Origin: Dimorphilus gyrociliatus
Lineage: Eukaryota > Animalia > Annelida
Assembly: GCA_904063045.1 (NCBI GenBank)
Contig: CAJFCJ010000030.1
Location: 248,001 to 312,000 of the forward strand
DNA: 64,000 bases
Reading direction: 5' to 3'
Shown here: in pieces, positions 39,383 through 52,876 of the stretch
Layout of the letters: each line of letters starts with the position of its first letter
Numbering within the stretch: the first letter of the stretch is position 1
Position numbers and translations under genes: made by a program
The notes under the pieces: generated by a model
What the model was told of the DNA's origin: nothing
Database searches by the model: none
The model's input: the letters and a program-made list of their open reading frames with translations, nothing else

Positions 39383-40597
39383 AGTTTTATCTTTATAAAT
39401 TTTGAATAAATTGAACTGATTATTACCGTATTTATTAGCAATTGTCTCTCTTTCAGCAACTCTAAAAGTCAAAGATTTCTAATCATTAAAAAGAATAAAG
39501 GCTGGGAAATGTTTAGTAAAGTTGAATCAAATACTTAGAAGACACTCTGAGTATTAGTTAATGTAAAGTAGTTGACCAATTCTGATGATATGGTTATCTT
39601 ATATACTTTATAACTATTATTAAAAGTCTCAGGAAAAAAGTAGTCTTAAGATGATAATAAAAGGCAAAAATTTGATATTAACAGGAGAAAATCATCTTTC
39701 ATTAAGCTATCAAAATAATATTCTTATACTATCCAATATCTTAAAGATTAGTGTAGAGCAATGTAAACCCAAATACCATTTATCATTAAATGTTGAAATC
39801 CTACTAGAAAAAACGTCTAAGTTTTCTAATTCAACTATAGATATTGTAATCAATCAATAAGAAATCATAGTAGTATTTATACCTTTACAAAAAAGTGTTT
39901 TACTCTTTACAATGTAATATTTCTATCTGAATGTAGTGCCGTTAACATTTCCACAAGTTAATCAAAATAAATGAATTAGAAATTCATCAGATACTCAATA
40001 CATTCTCATTTTACAAATCTTTACGTACATAATAATGGATTAATTAAGTCAATGCTAACATCTTATACAAAACAGCTGTCTTTCATCTTCTGAATGTGGA
40101 ACTATCCGAATAATTAGTATAATTATTAAATAGTTAATGAGATATTTTTAGAAAGACGCCAACAATTGAAAATCTTTTTTATTATCTTACATAGTGATAA
40201 TTCTTGTTATTTTTAGTAATATTTTATGAAATGTCAATCTTAATGTCACTATGAAAACAACATTCGTTATTTTCTAATATTTTGGCACCAAAACAAAGCT
40301 AAAATTCAAAAAGGAAACTTCATGGCAACAGTTTAGTGTACAATAACTAATTAATTCAAACTGCTTAAATGAAAAAATATTATCCTAAAATTAACCAACA
40401 ATGAATTACATTCTGATCATCAATCTTGAAACATTCTATGAAAAACTTATACTCTAAAATTTACCAAACGATGAATTACTTGTTAAAATACTGTATTCTT
40501 ATAGAATTCAACATGAAGAATTGAATGTAAATCAGTGGAGAGCATCTTTCTGAAATTATAACTCATTCAAAAAGATACACATGAGAAAGATGTTTTC

Positions 40598-41525
40598 TTA
40601 AACGGCGTTTTCACGGATCCATTCGAGTTGAGGAGAAACTCTAGCATACACACCGGGGTGAGTTGGAAGAGCGCATCCTCTTCCCCATGAAGTTAAACCA
40701 ACAATTTCGAATTTGCCATTGTTATTATAAGCCAATGGACCACCAGAATCCATTTGACAAGTATCCCGTCCTGGAGCAGCAGCGCAAATCATAGTTTCAT
40801 CAATGCTACCTGGATATGGTCCTTCACAATCGGCATTTGTCCAAACTTGAACATTCGTATATCTCAATTCATCAGTTGCTGGACTTCCGGAAAAAGTACC
40901 ACCCCATCCAGAAATGGTTACAGTTTCTCCATTGTAGGTAATATCTCTTGGACTACAAATTGGAGCAATATCTTCACTGAGAGTCAAAGGAGAAGCGAGT
41001 TTCAACAAAGAGATATCGTTTGAATAACGTTTTGGATCGGTATATTTTTCATGGTTGATAACTTGAAGAACTTCAGATCTATGTTCAGGACCATGAGGAT
41101 TACTTCTAATATGTGCACCAGCTAGAACTTCTAAACCAGTTGTAGAACCGGAAGAGACGCAATGAGCAGCAGTCAAAATCCAATTGCTGTTTAGAACAAC
41201 ACCTCCGCAATTGTGAGATCCAAAAATGTTTAGGCTTATCTGTAATATTTAATAAATGTTTATAGGATTCGAATAAAGCGAAGAAGAACAAGTTGAAAAC
41301 AAACTTGATAAGGAAATTCATTTGGTCTTGACTCCCATCCACCAACTACTCTTCCGAATTTATCAGTTGATTGTTCTCTGCCAGGATCGCTGTATTTGCT
41401 TTTACCGCAATCGCCTAATTGAAGAAAAGAATTTAGTGGAAATATACTTAACAAAACAAAGACATACTGATCCATTGGGCGTTAATTTCTACTACAACTG
41501 CAAACAAGGCAATGAAAATCTTCAT
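40598..41525 (-). CDS. trypsin-like serine protease T11a, Met193 variant
   Basis: Exons 41525-41468, 41414-41305, 41239-40598. MKIFIALFAVVVEINA-QWISDCGKSKYSDPGREQSTDKFGR-VVGG; TAAHC, NDISLL, RDTCQMDSGGP. Confidence 0.95.
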
Positions 41526-42062
41526 ATTTGATGTTTGTTTGTCTCCAAACTGTGTTCAATTGACCGAGGTAAGGTCTTTTATATAATTTCTTTACTCTTC
41601 CATTTGTTATTTCCCAGATTATTTGGTACCAGATTTGTATTTGATTTTCGTAAAATGTTAACAAGCATACTGTATGTATGTGTTTTCTTTTGATAACTTC
41701 CTGTTGAACGATAACGAATCGAGCATTATCAAAAGTTCGTTGAAATGTCTTTATACTGTTGAACAAAGTTTGTTATCTTAAACATTTTTTATCTGAAAAT
41801 GATTGGCGTAGTCGAAGTCGTATGTAAGATTAATAATTTATCTCACTTCCGACGGAGGTGGGTAGAAACAGCCGAAAACATGTTCTTGTCTATACTTTTA
41901 AAACAAAAGTGATAATAATATGCTTGTTAATCCTATATGAAAATCAAATACAAATCTGGTACCAAATAATCTGGGAAATAACAGATGGAAGAGTAATGAA
42001 GTTGTATAAAAGACCTTACCACTGTCAATTAAACACAGTTTGGTGACAAACAAACATCAAAT
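41526..42062. promoter_or_regulatory. shared divergent promoter of T11a/T11b
   Basis: TATAAAA on each side. CATTTG-TTAT-TTCCCA at 41601-41616 and TGGGAA-ATAA-CAGATG at 41972-41987. Mirrored at 52877-53413. Confidence 0.6.
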
Positions 42063-42990
42063 ATGAAGATTTTCATTGCCTTGTTTGCAGTTGTAGTAGG
42101 AATTAACGCCCAATGGATCAGTATGTCTTTGTTTTGTTAAGTATATTTCCACTAAATTCTTTTCTTCAATTAGGCGATTGCGGTAAAAGCAAATACAGCG
42201 ATCCTGGCAGAGAACAATCAACTGATAAATTCGGAAGAGTAGTTGGTGGATGGGAGTCAAGACCAAATGAATTTCCTTATCAAGTTTGTTTTCAACTTGT
42301 TCTTCTTCACTTTATTCGAATCCTATAAACATTTATTAAATATTACAGATAAGCCTAAACATTTTTGGATCTCACAATTGCGGAGGTGTTGTTCTAAACA
42401 GCAATTGGATTTTGACTGCTGCTCATTGCGTCTCTTCCGGTTCTACAACTGGTTTAGAAGTTCTAGCTGGTGCACATATTAGAAGTAATCCTCATGGTCC
42501 TGAACATAGATCTGAAGTTCTTCAAGTTATCAACCATGAAAAATATACCGATCCAAAACGTTATTCAAACGATATCTCTTTGTTGAAACTCGCTTCTCCT
42601 TTGACTCTCAGTGAAGATATTGCTCCAATTTGTAGTCCAAGAGATATTACCTACAATGGAGAAACTGTAACCATTTCTGGATGGGGTGGTACTTTTTCCG
42701 GAAGTCCAGCAACTGATGAATTGAGATATACGAATGTTCAAGTTTGGACAAATGCCGATTGTGAAGGACCATATCCAGGTAGCATTGATGAAACTATGAT
42801 TTGCGCTGCTGCTCCAGGACGGGATACTTGTCAAATGGATTCTGGTGGTCCATTGGCTTATAATAACAATGGCAAATTCGAAATTGTTGGTTTAACTTCA
42901 TGGGGAAGAGGATGCGCTCTTCCAACTCACCCCGGTGTGTATGCTAGAGTTTCTCCTCAACTCGAATGGATCCGTGAAAACGCCGTTTAA
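42063..42990 (+). CDS. trypsin-like serine protease T11b, Met193 variant
   Basis: Exons 42063-42120, 42174-42283, 42349-42990. Mirror of T11a (coordinate sum 83588). Signal peptide has Gly where T11a has Glu. Confidence 0.95.
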
Positions 42991-43719
42991 GAAAACATCT
43001 TTCTCATGTGTATCTTTTTGAATGAGTTATAATTTCAGAAAGATGCTCTCCACTGATTTACATTCAATTCTTCATGTTGAATTCTATAACAATACAGTAT
43101 TTTAACAAGTAATTCATTGTTTAGTTAATTTCAAAGTAAGATGTTCTTTAAATGACCTTAGAGTGACATAAACTAGTATTTAAAAATAGACTATAGAAAG
43201 TAGGATATATGTACTGAAGGCTTGAATCTCATATGTAAGATTTTTAGAAGTTTTTGTCATGGAAACAGAATTCACAGTTTCTTTATTTTTTTGTAATAAA
43301 AGGTATACGAATAATAGATAGTACATGTGTGCAAGATGACACATTGTGATATATGAATGCGTTTGGGTTAAAAGAGTAGTAAGCGCCTATGTATGAACGT
43401 ATAATTTGCCTGATTTTGTTTACGGTGCACGCGTCACAGATACGTTTAAGATTATCGCAAATTGAGTAATGTAAAAGTCTCAAATCTAGTCCATGTGCAA
43501 CCTTGAAGGAGTGTAATAAATATAAAAAAACGCATACACGCATTGACATAGACACGTGTGTGCTCTTAACTTGAGGTCAAAGTAAGTATTTGACGAATTA
43601 CTAAAACAGTATACTCGTATTTGTAAGACTAAGGTTTAGAGATATAGACTATTCTATACAAAGTATATATAGTATATATACTGTATATATTCCTAAATAC
43701 ACAGAATAGAATTCAAATG

Positions 43720-46030
43720 ACCACCGGCACCAACTATCCAAGTCTATTGGACTCACAACTCACACACCAGAGGAGTATCACGACGAAATTATCAACCATT
43801 GATGATAAACTGGAGGAGCAAAGAAATGACATCAGAGAAAGACTAAAAGCAATGTCAATGTAATAGAGACAAGAATAACCGCCCAGATCTCAACAGAGAT
43901 GACCACCAAGATGGCTGTATTATTCAAATAATGAATCCTAACCAAACAAATTCCATCAATGAGTCACGAAATTCACCCTTATCTTTTCAAACGCAAGAAA
44001 TATAACATACCCAACTGTCAAAGAACAAAATGGCGGATTCGATCAATCGAAATCGTTACTAAGAAGATGACAGAATACTATCTACCAATGGCCCTGTCAT
44101 TAAAATAGCAAAATTGATGCTGGTCCTTCAACGTAAGATTTTTGCTATCTGAATTGACTCCTTAAGAAATAAAAAGGTCACTCAATCGGAAAGGTTCGAT
44201 GATACTAACTATCAAAAATTTCTACAAAACAGTAATTATTTCATTGATAGAATCCAATATTGAAAGTTGTAGAAATGTTTGATTGCAAATCGCTAGATGA
44301 TGGAAGAGGTATACAGTCGTCAATTTTTGACGTGAATAACGGTAACGTCGATAAAGAGTTTCCCAACTCTAGTCAAGACTCTGAGTTTTGTTTACGGTTA
44401 ACTACAAGGTGTATTTCCTAATTATAAGTTGTTTACGATCAAGAACAATACAGATAGTTCCAATTACTTGAATCATGGTAGAAACATTGATAATTGAATT
44501 TCAATTATTTGTGGATAGATATGGAGGGCCAAAATCAATTATATCTGACTCTGCTCCAAAATTTCGAAAATTCTACTATACTCTTTGTCACTATCAGAAA
44601 TTATTGTCAGTAAAATATCCGACGTTAAAGTTCAGCTCTCCATACTCCCAAAATAAAATGAGAACAATAGAACATCTTATTGGACTTATAAAAACACTAC
44701 TGTCTACATCTGAGCTAAAGCCAAATTCACAATGTACTTGGAAATTTATAAGATTCACGGCTTCAGATATAAAATGCAACATGAACCAAACACCCATAAG
44801 CTTTACAATCGATGATATAGGCGAACCGATGGTAGTGTCACCAATCCATTTGATTAAATTATTAAAAATTCTGATGAAAAATGATAGGTATGGCAAGCTC
44901 ATCCTTCTAGTATGCACGGTCTTACATACCACCATCAATTAGGCTACATCTTTGTCCGTTCAAGAGAAAGCCAAAATGGCATCGTATTTTTATACGGATG
45001 ATTAGCGTCAACGAAAAAGACCTTGTAAACCTCACCTACGGATTACATCATGAGCTCGCAGCAGAGGATTTGCCCTAGCCAAAAACTCTACCAACAGTGC
45101 TTGGATAAATTCACATTCGTCCTTCAACATTAAACATGTCGACTCACCCATAAAAGTCCTAGGTTTGACCTATATTCCTGAAGCTCACGAAATCCAGATC
45201 AATTTACGAAATTGGAATACTAGAATTTCCATGGCCAAACGACACTCCTACTTAGCCCATACCTACGACATAATGGGGTTTATTGAACCAAACGAACTAC
45301 AACCTAAACTTCTAATTTCTGAATTCCCTGGTCTTGACAGCTGCACTACGAGTCTTAAACATCAAACACTATAACAATATTTTCCCTAATGTTCCTATTA
45401 AAGTGTTCGTGAACTGATGATCGAGTTTTAGCTATTTAAGGACAAATGGGGATGGCCGAAAACAAAAATATCAGATTCTACACCGACATTCTTAGAATTA
45501 TACCGGACACTCGTTGACGCTATCAAAAGCAATCAACTGTGAAGTAAGTACCTGGCATGGAAGTTCAGGTCACCCTATTCTCCACATAAAATGGGAATTA
45601 TAGAGCGACTCATCGGGCTTATTAAAATTTTACTACTTGAGTCTGACCTAAAAAGAATCCACCAATGTTCATGGGAAAATACAGTCAAAGACCATAAACG
45701 AACCATTTTGTCATTTGAACCATTTTCGTGCAATATACTGTATAGGGTATAGGCAAAAAAAATCAATCTCACACTCTTTTTTCAAAAAATTTTTGTCAGA
45801 ACTAAAGATAAAGGACCCAGCGAATATGACCCAGTAACAAAGCTAAGAAACGTCGATAATTGAGCAAGAAATGTTGTACTGAGCTTTTCCACGGCCTCCA
45901 AAAAAGGACAAAATGACAGAAAGACCAGTGCAAACCAACCGACAGATAGACGACTTAGTACTATCCCTAGATCAGCAAGCAATGTACAAATTCAAGTTCG
46001 GTTACATAATCAAACAAATATCGGAGCGTA
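43720..46030 (+). mobile_element. decayed/rearranged BEL/Pao pol fragments (integrase x2, RT/RNase H piece, C-terminal tail)
   Basis: 44475-44942 FVDRYGGPKSIISDSAPKF..FSSPYS..IEHLIGLIK; about 44990 FYTDD; 45150-45340 KVLGLTY..AKRHSYLAHTYDIMGFIEP; 45420-45680 KWGWPKTKISDSTPTF..WKFRSPYSPHKMGIIERLIGLIK. Outer limits approximate. Confidence 0.8.
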
Positions 46031-47247
46031 CTTAGAAGACATATACTGATACAGCAAAGTAGAAAGTAAAGCTAGAAATATAACATCACATCTCCCGAAC
46101 GAATTTTTCCGTTACCCTTCCTTTATTCTTTTTACGATACTCATTCATACTATGTGTAAACTATCTTAATTTATTGCACGATAATAGTACATAATAAACA
46201 ATTAAGTTTAGCCGTATTGATAGTAATTGGATGTTTTTTGTGTTTTTGGATATCTTGCACCCATTTATATACTCATTACAACACAGATTGAATATAAAGA
46301 TTAAATATCGGCAATAAAATAACTAGTTATGCACAACATACGAAAATCGATGCTACTGCATTACCTAAAAAGGCAGTAATAACATTTCAAAGTTATTCTA
46401 AAACATAAAACTTATTTTTACCCATAGTTTAATCTAAACTTTAAAGTCTCCTACGAACTACCATAAGCATGAGAAATAGAAGAACAAAGACTCTCCTGTT
46501 GAGATGATTCTTCTAATGAAAATGTTGAATGTGTTACTTTTCAATGAGCTGTTATTGAAAGCCATGAGATATTTTCCACACTTTCGTGGTTTTAGACCAC
46601 AATGTATGATATCAGACATATGTTATGCATTATTTAGATATAAATTTTTTATGATAATTATGAAAAAAATGTACTTACTCTCTGTATCACAAAAATACCG
46701 AACTATTTCACATATAAGATTACATAAACACAAGTAGCTTTTTAAACTATTTCAACAATATACCTTTAATTAGATTGTATTATAAAGAAGTTATCTCATT
46801 TTAGCCTATCCATTAACATTTTTGGAAAATGAAATTTTTCGAATTCAAATGAAAACAGCTTTTCTTAAAGAGCAGTGAAAATCAGAATTTTGGATATTAA
46901 CACAGAAATAAATAAATGTCATAAAATTGCAAAAAGTATTAATCGACAAATAAATATACTTACGAAAATTTCAAGAACATTTCTATATTAAATATGCCTT
47001 TAATATTACTATTATTACTATTTAAAGTTGTTTTGAAAGACGTAATTATTCCATTCAGAAATTGTATGAAAAACGAATGAAAAAAGAATAACTGCCCTCT
47101 ATTTAATCTTATCATGGCAAAATTATCCTACCATTATTTATAGGTCCCAGATGTGTTTTCACTGAAAAAGGTATATTGAATATTTTGTATAAAAGGAGCA
47201 CATTTTGTCATTTGGTTATGCTTTCTCCTGAAAACAACTAACCAACA

Positions 47248-48209
47248 ATGAAAATCTTCCTTCTTCTCGCTTTTGTAGCTTGTGCTAATGCCCAATGGCT
47301 CTGTGAGTATTTCAATTCAAAATCATTCAAATACTTTTGAACACAGCATCACAATTTCAATAAACTTTGAAACTCTTTAGCCAACTGTGGAAGCAGTAAA
47401 TTTCCAAATCCTGCTCCTGAACAGAGACAAGATAGATTTGGTAGAATTGTTGGAGGATGGGAATCCAGACCAAATGAATTTCCTTATCAAGTATGCTTCT
47501 TCCATTGTTTGAATTTGTTATTTATTCATAAAACAATAGAATTATATTTCTTCCCTTTCGATTGCAGTTGAGTTTGAGAAGATTTGGAAGTCACTCTTGC
47601 GGAGCTGTCATCGTCAACAGCCAGTGGGCTCTTTCCGCTGCTCATTGTACCTCTTCTGGATCTGCTAATGGTTTAGCCGTTGTTGCTGGAGCTCATCGTA
47701 GAAGCAGCCCAGCTGCTTCTGAACAAACTTCAAACATTCTTAGAGTTGTGAATCATGAAGACTATCAAAATCCTCTTCGTTACTCCAACGATATCACTCT
47801 TCTTCAATTGGCTACTCCATTGACCTTTAATGAAAATGTCGCTCCAGCCTGCTCTCCAAGAGATGTCACTTATGATGATGATACCGTTACCATTTCTGGA
47901 TGGGGATCTACCTTCTCTGGTGGCTTCGTTACCGATGAATTGAGATACACCAATGTTCAAGTATGGAGCAATGATGAGTGTTCTGGCCCATACCCAGGAA
48001 GCATCGATGATAGCATGATCTGTGCTGCTTCTGCCGGAAGAGATACTTGCCAAGGAGATTCCGGTGGTCCAATGGCTTATAACAATAATGGAAAATTCGA
48101 AGTTGTCGGTTTGACTTCATGGGGAAGAGGATGTGCCCTTGCTACTCACCCCGGAGTTTATGCCAGAGTTAGTGCTCAACTCCAATGGATTGCAGATAAT
48201 GCCAATTAA
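47248..48209 (+). CDS. trypsin-like serine protease T7' (protein identical to T7)
   Basis: Exons 47248-47302, 47381-47490, 47568-48209, within the duplication 47018-48450. Confidence 0.95.
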
Positions 48210-48719
48210 GAACTATCTGTCTAGTCACGATATTCACTTGAATTTGAATTATTTTAAGTAAAAAATGTGATTCTAAAAATACACTTCTATTATATGCAAA
48301 ATATTAACTTATTTTTAAGCATAACAACATTTGTAGCATCAAATTTGAAAAAGTAAAAACTGTCATGAAACGACAGAATTATCCGGAAACGGAATCAGAA
48401 AACAAATCACTTAAGGTATAGGGAAAATTAGTTCTTATGACAAAACAGAATGACTTAGATAAAAAAGATCGGCAGGAAAATTTGATGCAAAAGATACTCT
48501 AAAAGGTTTAGCTGGTAAATCAATCAATGAGTATAAATTTTTATTACTCCTTTTAGGAATTGTGTAAAATAATATATGATGTAAATTTATGCATGACACA
48601 CATTAGATATTTTCTGTGAAATTTATAAGAGACATTTAAAATTGAACTATCTGAGGTTGTTTTTTCCATATTTTTTTGAATAGTAAATAGTTTATTATAT
48701 AGAAAAATGATATTCCAGG

Positions 48720-50620
48720 CCTCTATAGGTCTCCCGCCAATGGTAATTTTACTGCTCGGTGTTGTTCTACCTTCCGTAACATTGATAGGTCGACTTCTAT
48801 GGTTTCAAGGGGCCTTGCTTTAAAAGCTGCTCTTTTTGGTGATGATCGTTAGGTCTATCCCAGAATCCTAAATTGTTACGAGATTATCATCTTTGGTTTT
48901 AAATTTTAATGCGGTCATCCCATTCTACTTCTCGTTTATAGGAGCCTTCATCATCATGACCTTTTTATCGCCGCTTCTTCTTTTGCATCGGTGCAGCTAA
49001 TAATTCTTTGCTACCCCACGTACTTTACATTTAGGTTTCCAGCATTCGGATGGGTTGTGGTGGCTAGCCATACAATTCTGACATAGTCTCAGTCTTTTTG
49101 CTGGTTTGTTATGATCTTCCATATCAATCTTTTTAAACTGAGGGCAATTCTCAAAGTGTGTGGCCTTTCACATGCATAGCACCCTAGCTGTTTTCTCCCT
49201 TCTCTACCTCCCCTCTTTGTTTCTTGACTCATTATCCGTCGTTGGCTTCTCGCTCTTTCCAACTCACGACTATGTGCTTCCACAAATTTCTGCCATGCTC
49301 TTAATAGATAAGCTTTTTTCTGCTCTGGCTTGCTAGTCGTTCCATCCTGATCTTAGTCTGACACTCATGTTGAATTTACTCACAACTACCTGCATTGCCT
49401 CTAAGTGTTTGCTTTCTAAATCGTTCTGGTCTTTATAGTCAGCATAAACGGCTGTCAATATCTGACTTAGTTCTTCCTGCTTTTCAATGTCGTCATCTTG
49501 CATTCTACCTAGCCTTGCCAATCTCGAGAAGGCGTCGCTACATTCATTCTTAAACTCACCATACCTAGAACTGAAGTACCTCATAGCGCTTCTATATCCT
49601 TCCTTAGGTGAGCATTTAAATCTTTTCACTTCTTTTTTCACGCTGTCTCCTAGCTGTGTATACAGCAACTCGAATTTCTCCCACTCTTCTGCTCCATTGT
49701 ATCTAGACAAAATACTTTCATGCCTCACTATGAAGCTTTCGAACATGTCAAGTTCCCCTTCAAATATTATTTGGGTGTTTGGGATCATCCTATTTGCCAG
49801 GTCGTAATTATTGCTCATTGTGCCTTTTGCCCGTTCGCCGACCTCCGATCTTACCGACTCACTCAGTTTTTGGTAACTCGTCTCTCCCAATTCTTATGTT
49901 TCCAGTTTCCTCAATCTCTCCTGGACCATCTCCAATTGCTGGCTCAGATTTTGGTTTACCTCCTCTAAGTCGTCCTTCGCCATTACTTTCACGCTTTCCA
50001 ACCTACTATTCATGGTAGATTCCATTAACTTTGTCAGTTAATGGTCTGTTTTTGCGATTGCGCTTGGCGCTCAGTTATTTCATCTTTCTCTTTCCCTCTG
50101 CTTAGCTTCATAACGAGCAATTTCTTCTTTCCCCACTTGTCTTTCCATTTCTATCATTTCACCCAGTTTGGCCAGTACGTCCTCCTTTCTCTCCATCCAC
50201 CTTTCTTCCCACTTATTGACGAACAGCGGGTCGTCTTCCCCCTTTGGGGTGAGGTTGATTCATCTTCATCACTGTCGTCTGCCATCGTATCAAAGGCGCT
50301 TAGATTTTCCTCTTTGGGTTTGCTTTGCCACTCTGGCACTGCATTTATCCTTCTCTTTTTCTCTGCCTGCTTCACTACTACTTCTAGCTCATCTTCTTCG
50401 TTCGCGCTTCCCTGCTTGTTTCTTTTCCTTTTCTCTGAGGAAGTGCTTCCTTCGCTGGAGCAGCTACTACTTTGCTTGCACCATACTTCTCAGACATGTC
50501 TCCTACTGCCCCTGTATAGATAGTCCTGAAGTCTGCTTCAACATCTATCTTTTCTATTTCATCACTACCACTCATTCCTTGTAGGTTATCAGCATTTGGT
50601 GAGTAGTTACTCTCCACTAT
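48720..50620 (-). mobile_element. BEL/Pao gag relic
   Basis: ORF 49333-49890 has the Pao-gag pattern IFEGELDMFESF..EKFELLYTQLG..AMRYFSSRYG. Downstream zinc knuckles CYACERPH and RLCQNCMASHHNPSEC (CX2CX4HX4C, about 49045-49086). Stops and frameshifts; limits approximate. Confidence 0.8.
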
Positions 50621-51948
50621 TACGAAATTATGTACAAATAAAATTGTAACTGTGCAAGACTTAAATTGACTCGTATCACGAAATTACTCAATCATTTCGT
50701 TTCAATTTTATTTGTAATTCCTGTTGTTTGTCTCACACCCTACTGTTCATTTTCTTCCTTTTATACTTTCTCAATTTCACTCATGTCATATTACGGGACG
50801 CTTGACTCTACTCACCCACATTGATGGTGCTACATCTGTGGTGTTGATTTGATTCCAAGTCGAACTGACCCTCGAGAGCGTAACTCCAAGTCACCCGTCC
50901 TCATTACACAATGAACACTCAATCCTTTTCCCTGGCACACACTCATCCTGACACACAACACAGCAGGCATACACTATTTTGTTCATCTATCGTGAAAGTT
51001 TCTTTTTTTCAATTTTTCTTTGTAATATAATTCTCTTACTGAGAGCACTGGAAACTTACTGTCACTTTGCATCATAAATTTATCGCACTCTTTCAATTTC
51101 TGAACGAAAATACTAGAAGATATATGTCAAGAAACTCTACTAGCATAATAGTTTATAACAACAATGCAAGTTTTAAGATACTGGCAACTCTATAAACTAG
51201 AATACGAATTAAGAATATTATCTTTGCCATTCAATCATTACTTTATCCTTTCAAAATCATTGGAATAAATATGGCTATATAAGTGCCGTTGAGAAAAACC
51301 ATTTAAAGGATTTTTGCTTTACTAGTTAAAGTAAAATTACTATAAACATATCCCAATTATCATTTTCCAGTTTAACGTATATAGCCTACGGATACAATCC
51401 TAACTTTAGCTTCGGTACAGTAAGCAAGGATCTCTTATGCATTCATTTTGAAATTAGCATGACTCTTCATTTACATAAAAATTATATGTTATATTATGTG
51501 ACGTTAGACAACATTAGCCATACAATGAAAGGATAGAGAAAATACTAAGAATGTCAAACTTTAAAAAAACACAAGACATCGTAATGTTTACAATAACATA
51601 ATTAATATAAATGCCACAAGTGTTTACTAAATTGTATATATATTACCCAAATTCAATTTTCTAAAAAATAAAAAGGGTTTTAATGTATCTATAGCGAAAA
51701 TAATACCATTCTTTCACAGCGTTTTAGAGATCATGTTTAAAGACAAAAAAAATCATGAGACATTCTGATCACCAATCTTGAACATTCTATGAAAAACTTA
51801 TACTCTAAAATTAACCAAACAATGAATTACTTGTTAAAATACTGTATTGTTATAGAATTCAACATGAAGAATTGAATGTAAATCAGTGGAGAGCATCTTT
51901 CTGAAATTATAACTCATTCAAAAAGATACACATGAGAAAGATGTTTTC

Positions 51949-52876
51949 TTAAACGGCGTTTTCACGGATCCATTCGAGTTGAGGAGAAACTCTAGCATAC
52001 ACACCGGGGTGAGTTGGAAGAGCGCATCCTCTTCCCCATGAAGTTAAACCAACAATTTCGAATTTGCCATTGTTATTATAAGCCAATGGACCACCAGAAT
52101 CCATTTGACAAGTATCCCGTCCTGGAGCAGCAGCGCAAATCATAGTTTCATCAATGCTACCTGGATATGGTCCTTCACAATCGGCATTTGTCCAAACTTG
52201 AACATTCGTATATCTCAATTCATCAGTTGCTGGACTTCCGGAAAAAGTACCACCCCATCCAGAAATGGTTACAGTTTCTCCATTGTAGGTAATATCTCTT
52301 GGACTACAAATTGGAGCAATATCTTCACTGAGAGTCAAAGGAGAAGCGAGTTTCAACAAAGAGATATCGTTTGAATAACGTTTTGGATCGGTATATTTTT
52401 CATGGTTGATAACTTGAAGAACTTCAGATCTATGTTCAGGACCATGAGGATTACTTCTAATATGTGCACCAGCTAGAACTTCTAAACCAGTTGTAGAACC
52501 GGAAGAGACGCAATGAGCAGCAGTCAAAATCCAATTGCTGTTTAGAACAACACCTCCGCAATTGTGAGATCCAAAAATGTTTAGGCTTATCTGTAATATT
52601 TAATAAATGTTTATAGGATTCGAATAAAGTGAAGAAGAACAAGTTGAAAACAAACTTGATAAGGAAATTCATTTGGTCTTGACTCCCATCCACCAACTAC
52701 TCTTCCGAATTTATCAGTTGATTGTTCTCTGCCAGGATCGCTGTATTTGCTTTTACCGCAATCGCCTAATTGAAGAAAAGAATTTAGTGGAAATATACTT
52801 AACAAAACAAAGACATACTGATCCATTGGGCGTTAATTCCTACTACAACTGCAAACAAGGCAATGAAAATCTTCAT
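51949..52876 (-). CDS. trypsin-like serine protease T11c (= T11b), Met193 variant
   Basis: Exons 52876-52819, 52765-52656, 52590-51949. Carries the T11b-type variants (signal-peptide Gly, intron variant). Confidence 0.94.

Larger units (their letters stand above)
37344..43131 (+). repeat. left arm of a 5.8 kb inverted repeat (partner 51808-57595)
   Basis: Mirror coordinates sum to 94939 throughout (37790/57149, 38981/55958, 40598/54341, 42990/51949). No internal differences seen by eye. Confidence 0.95.
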
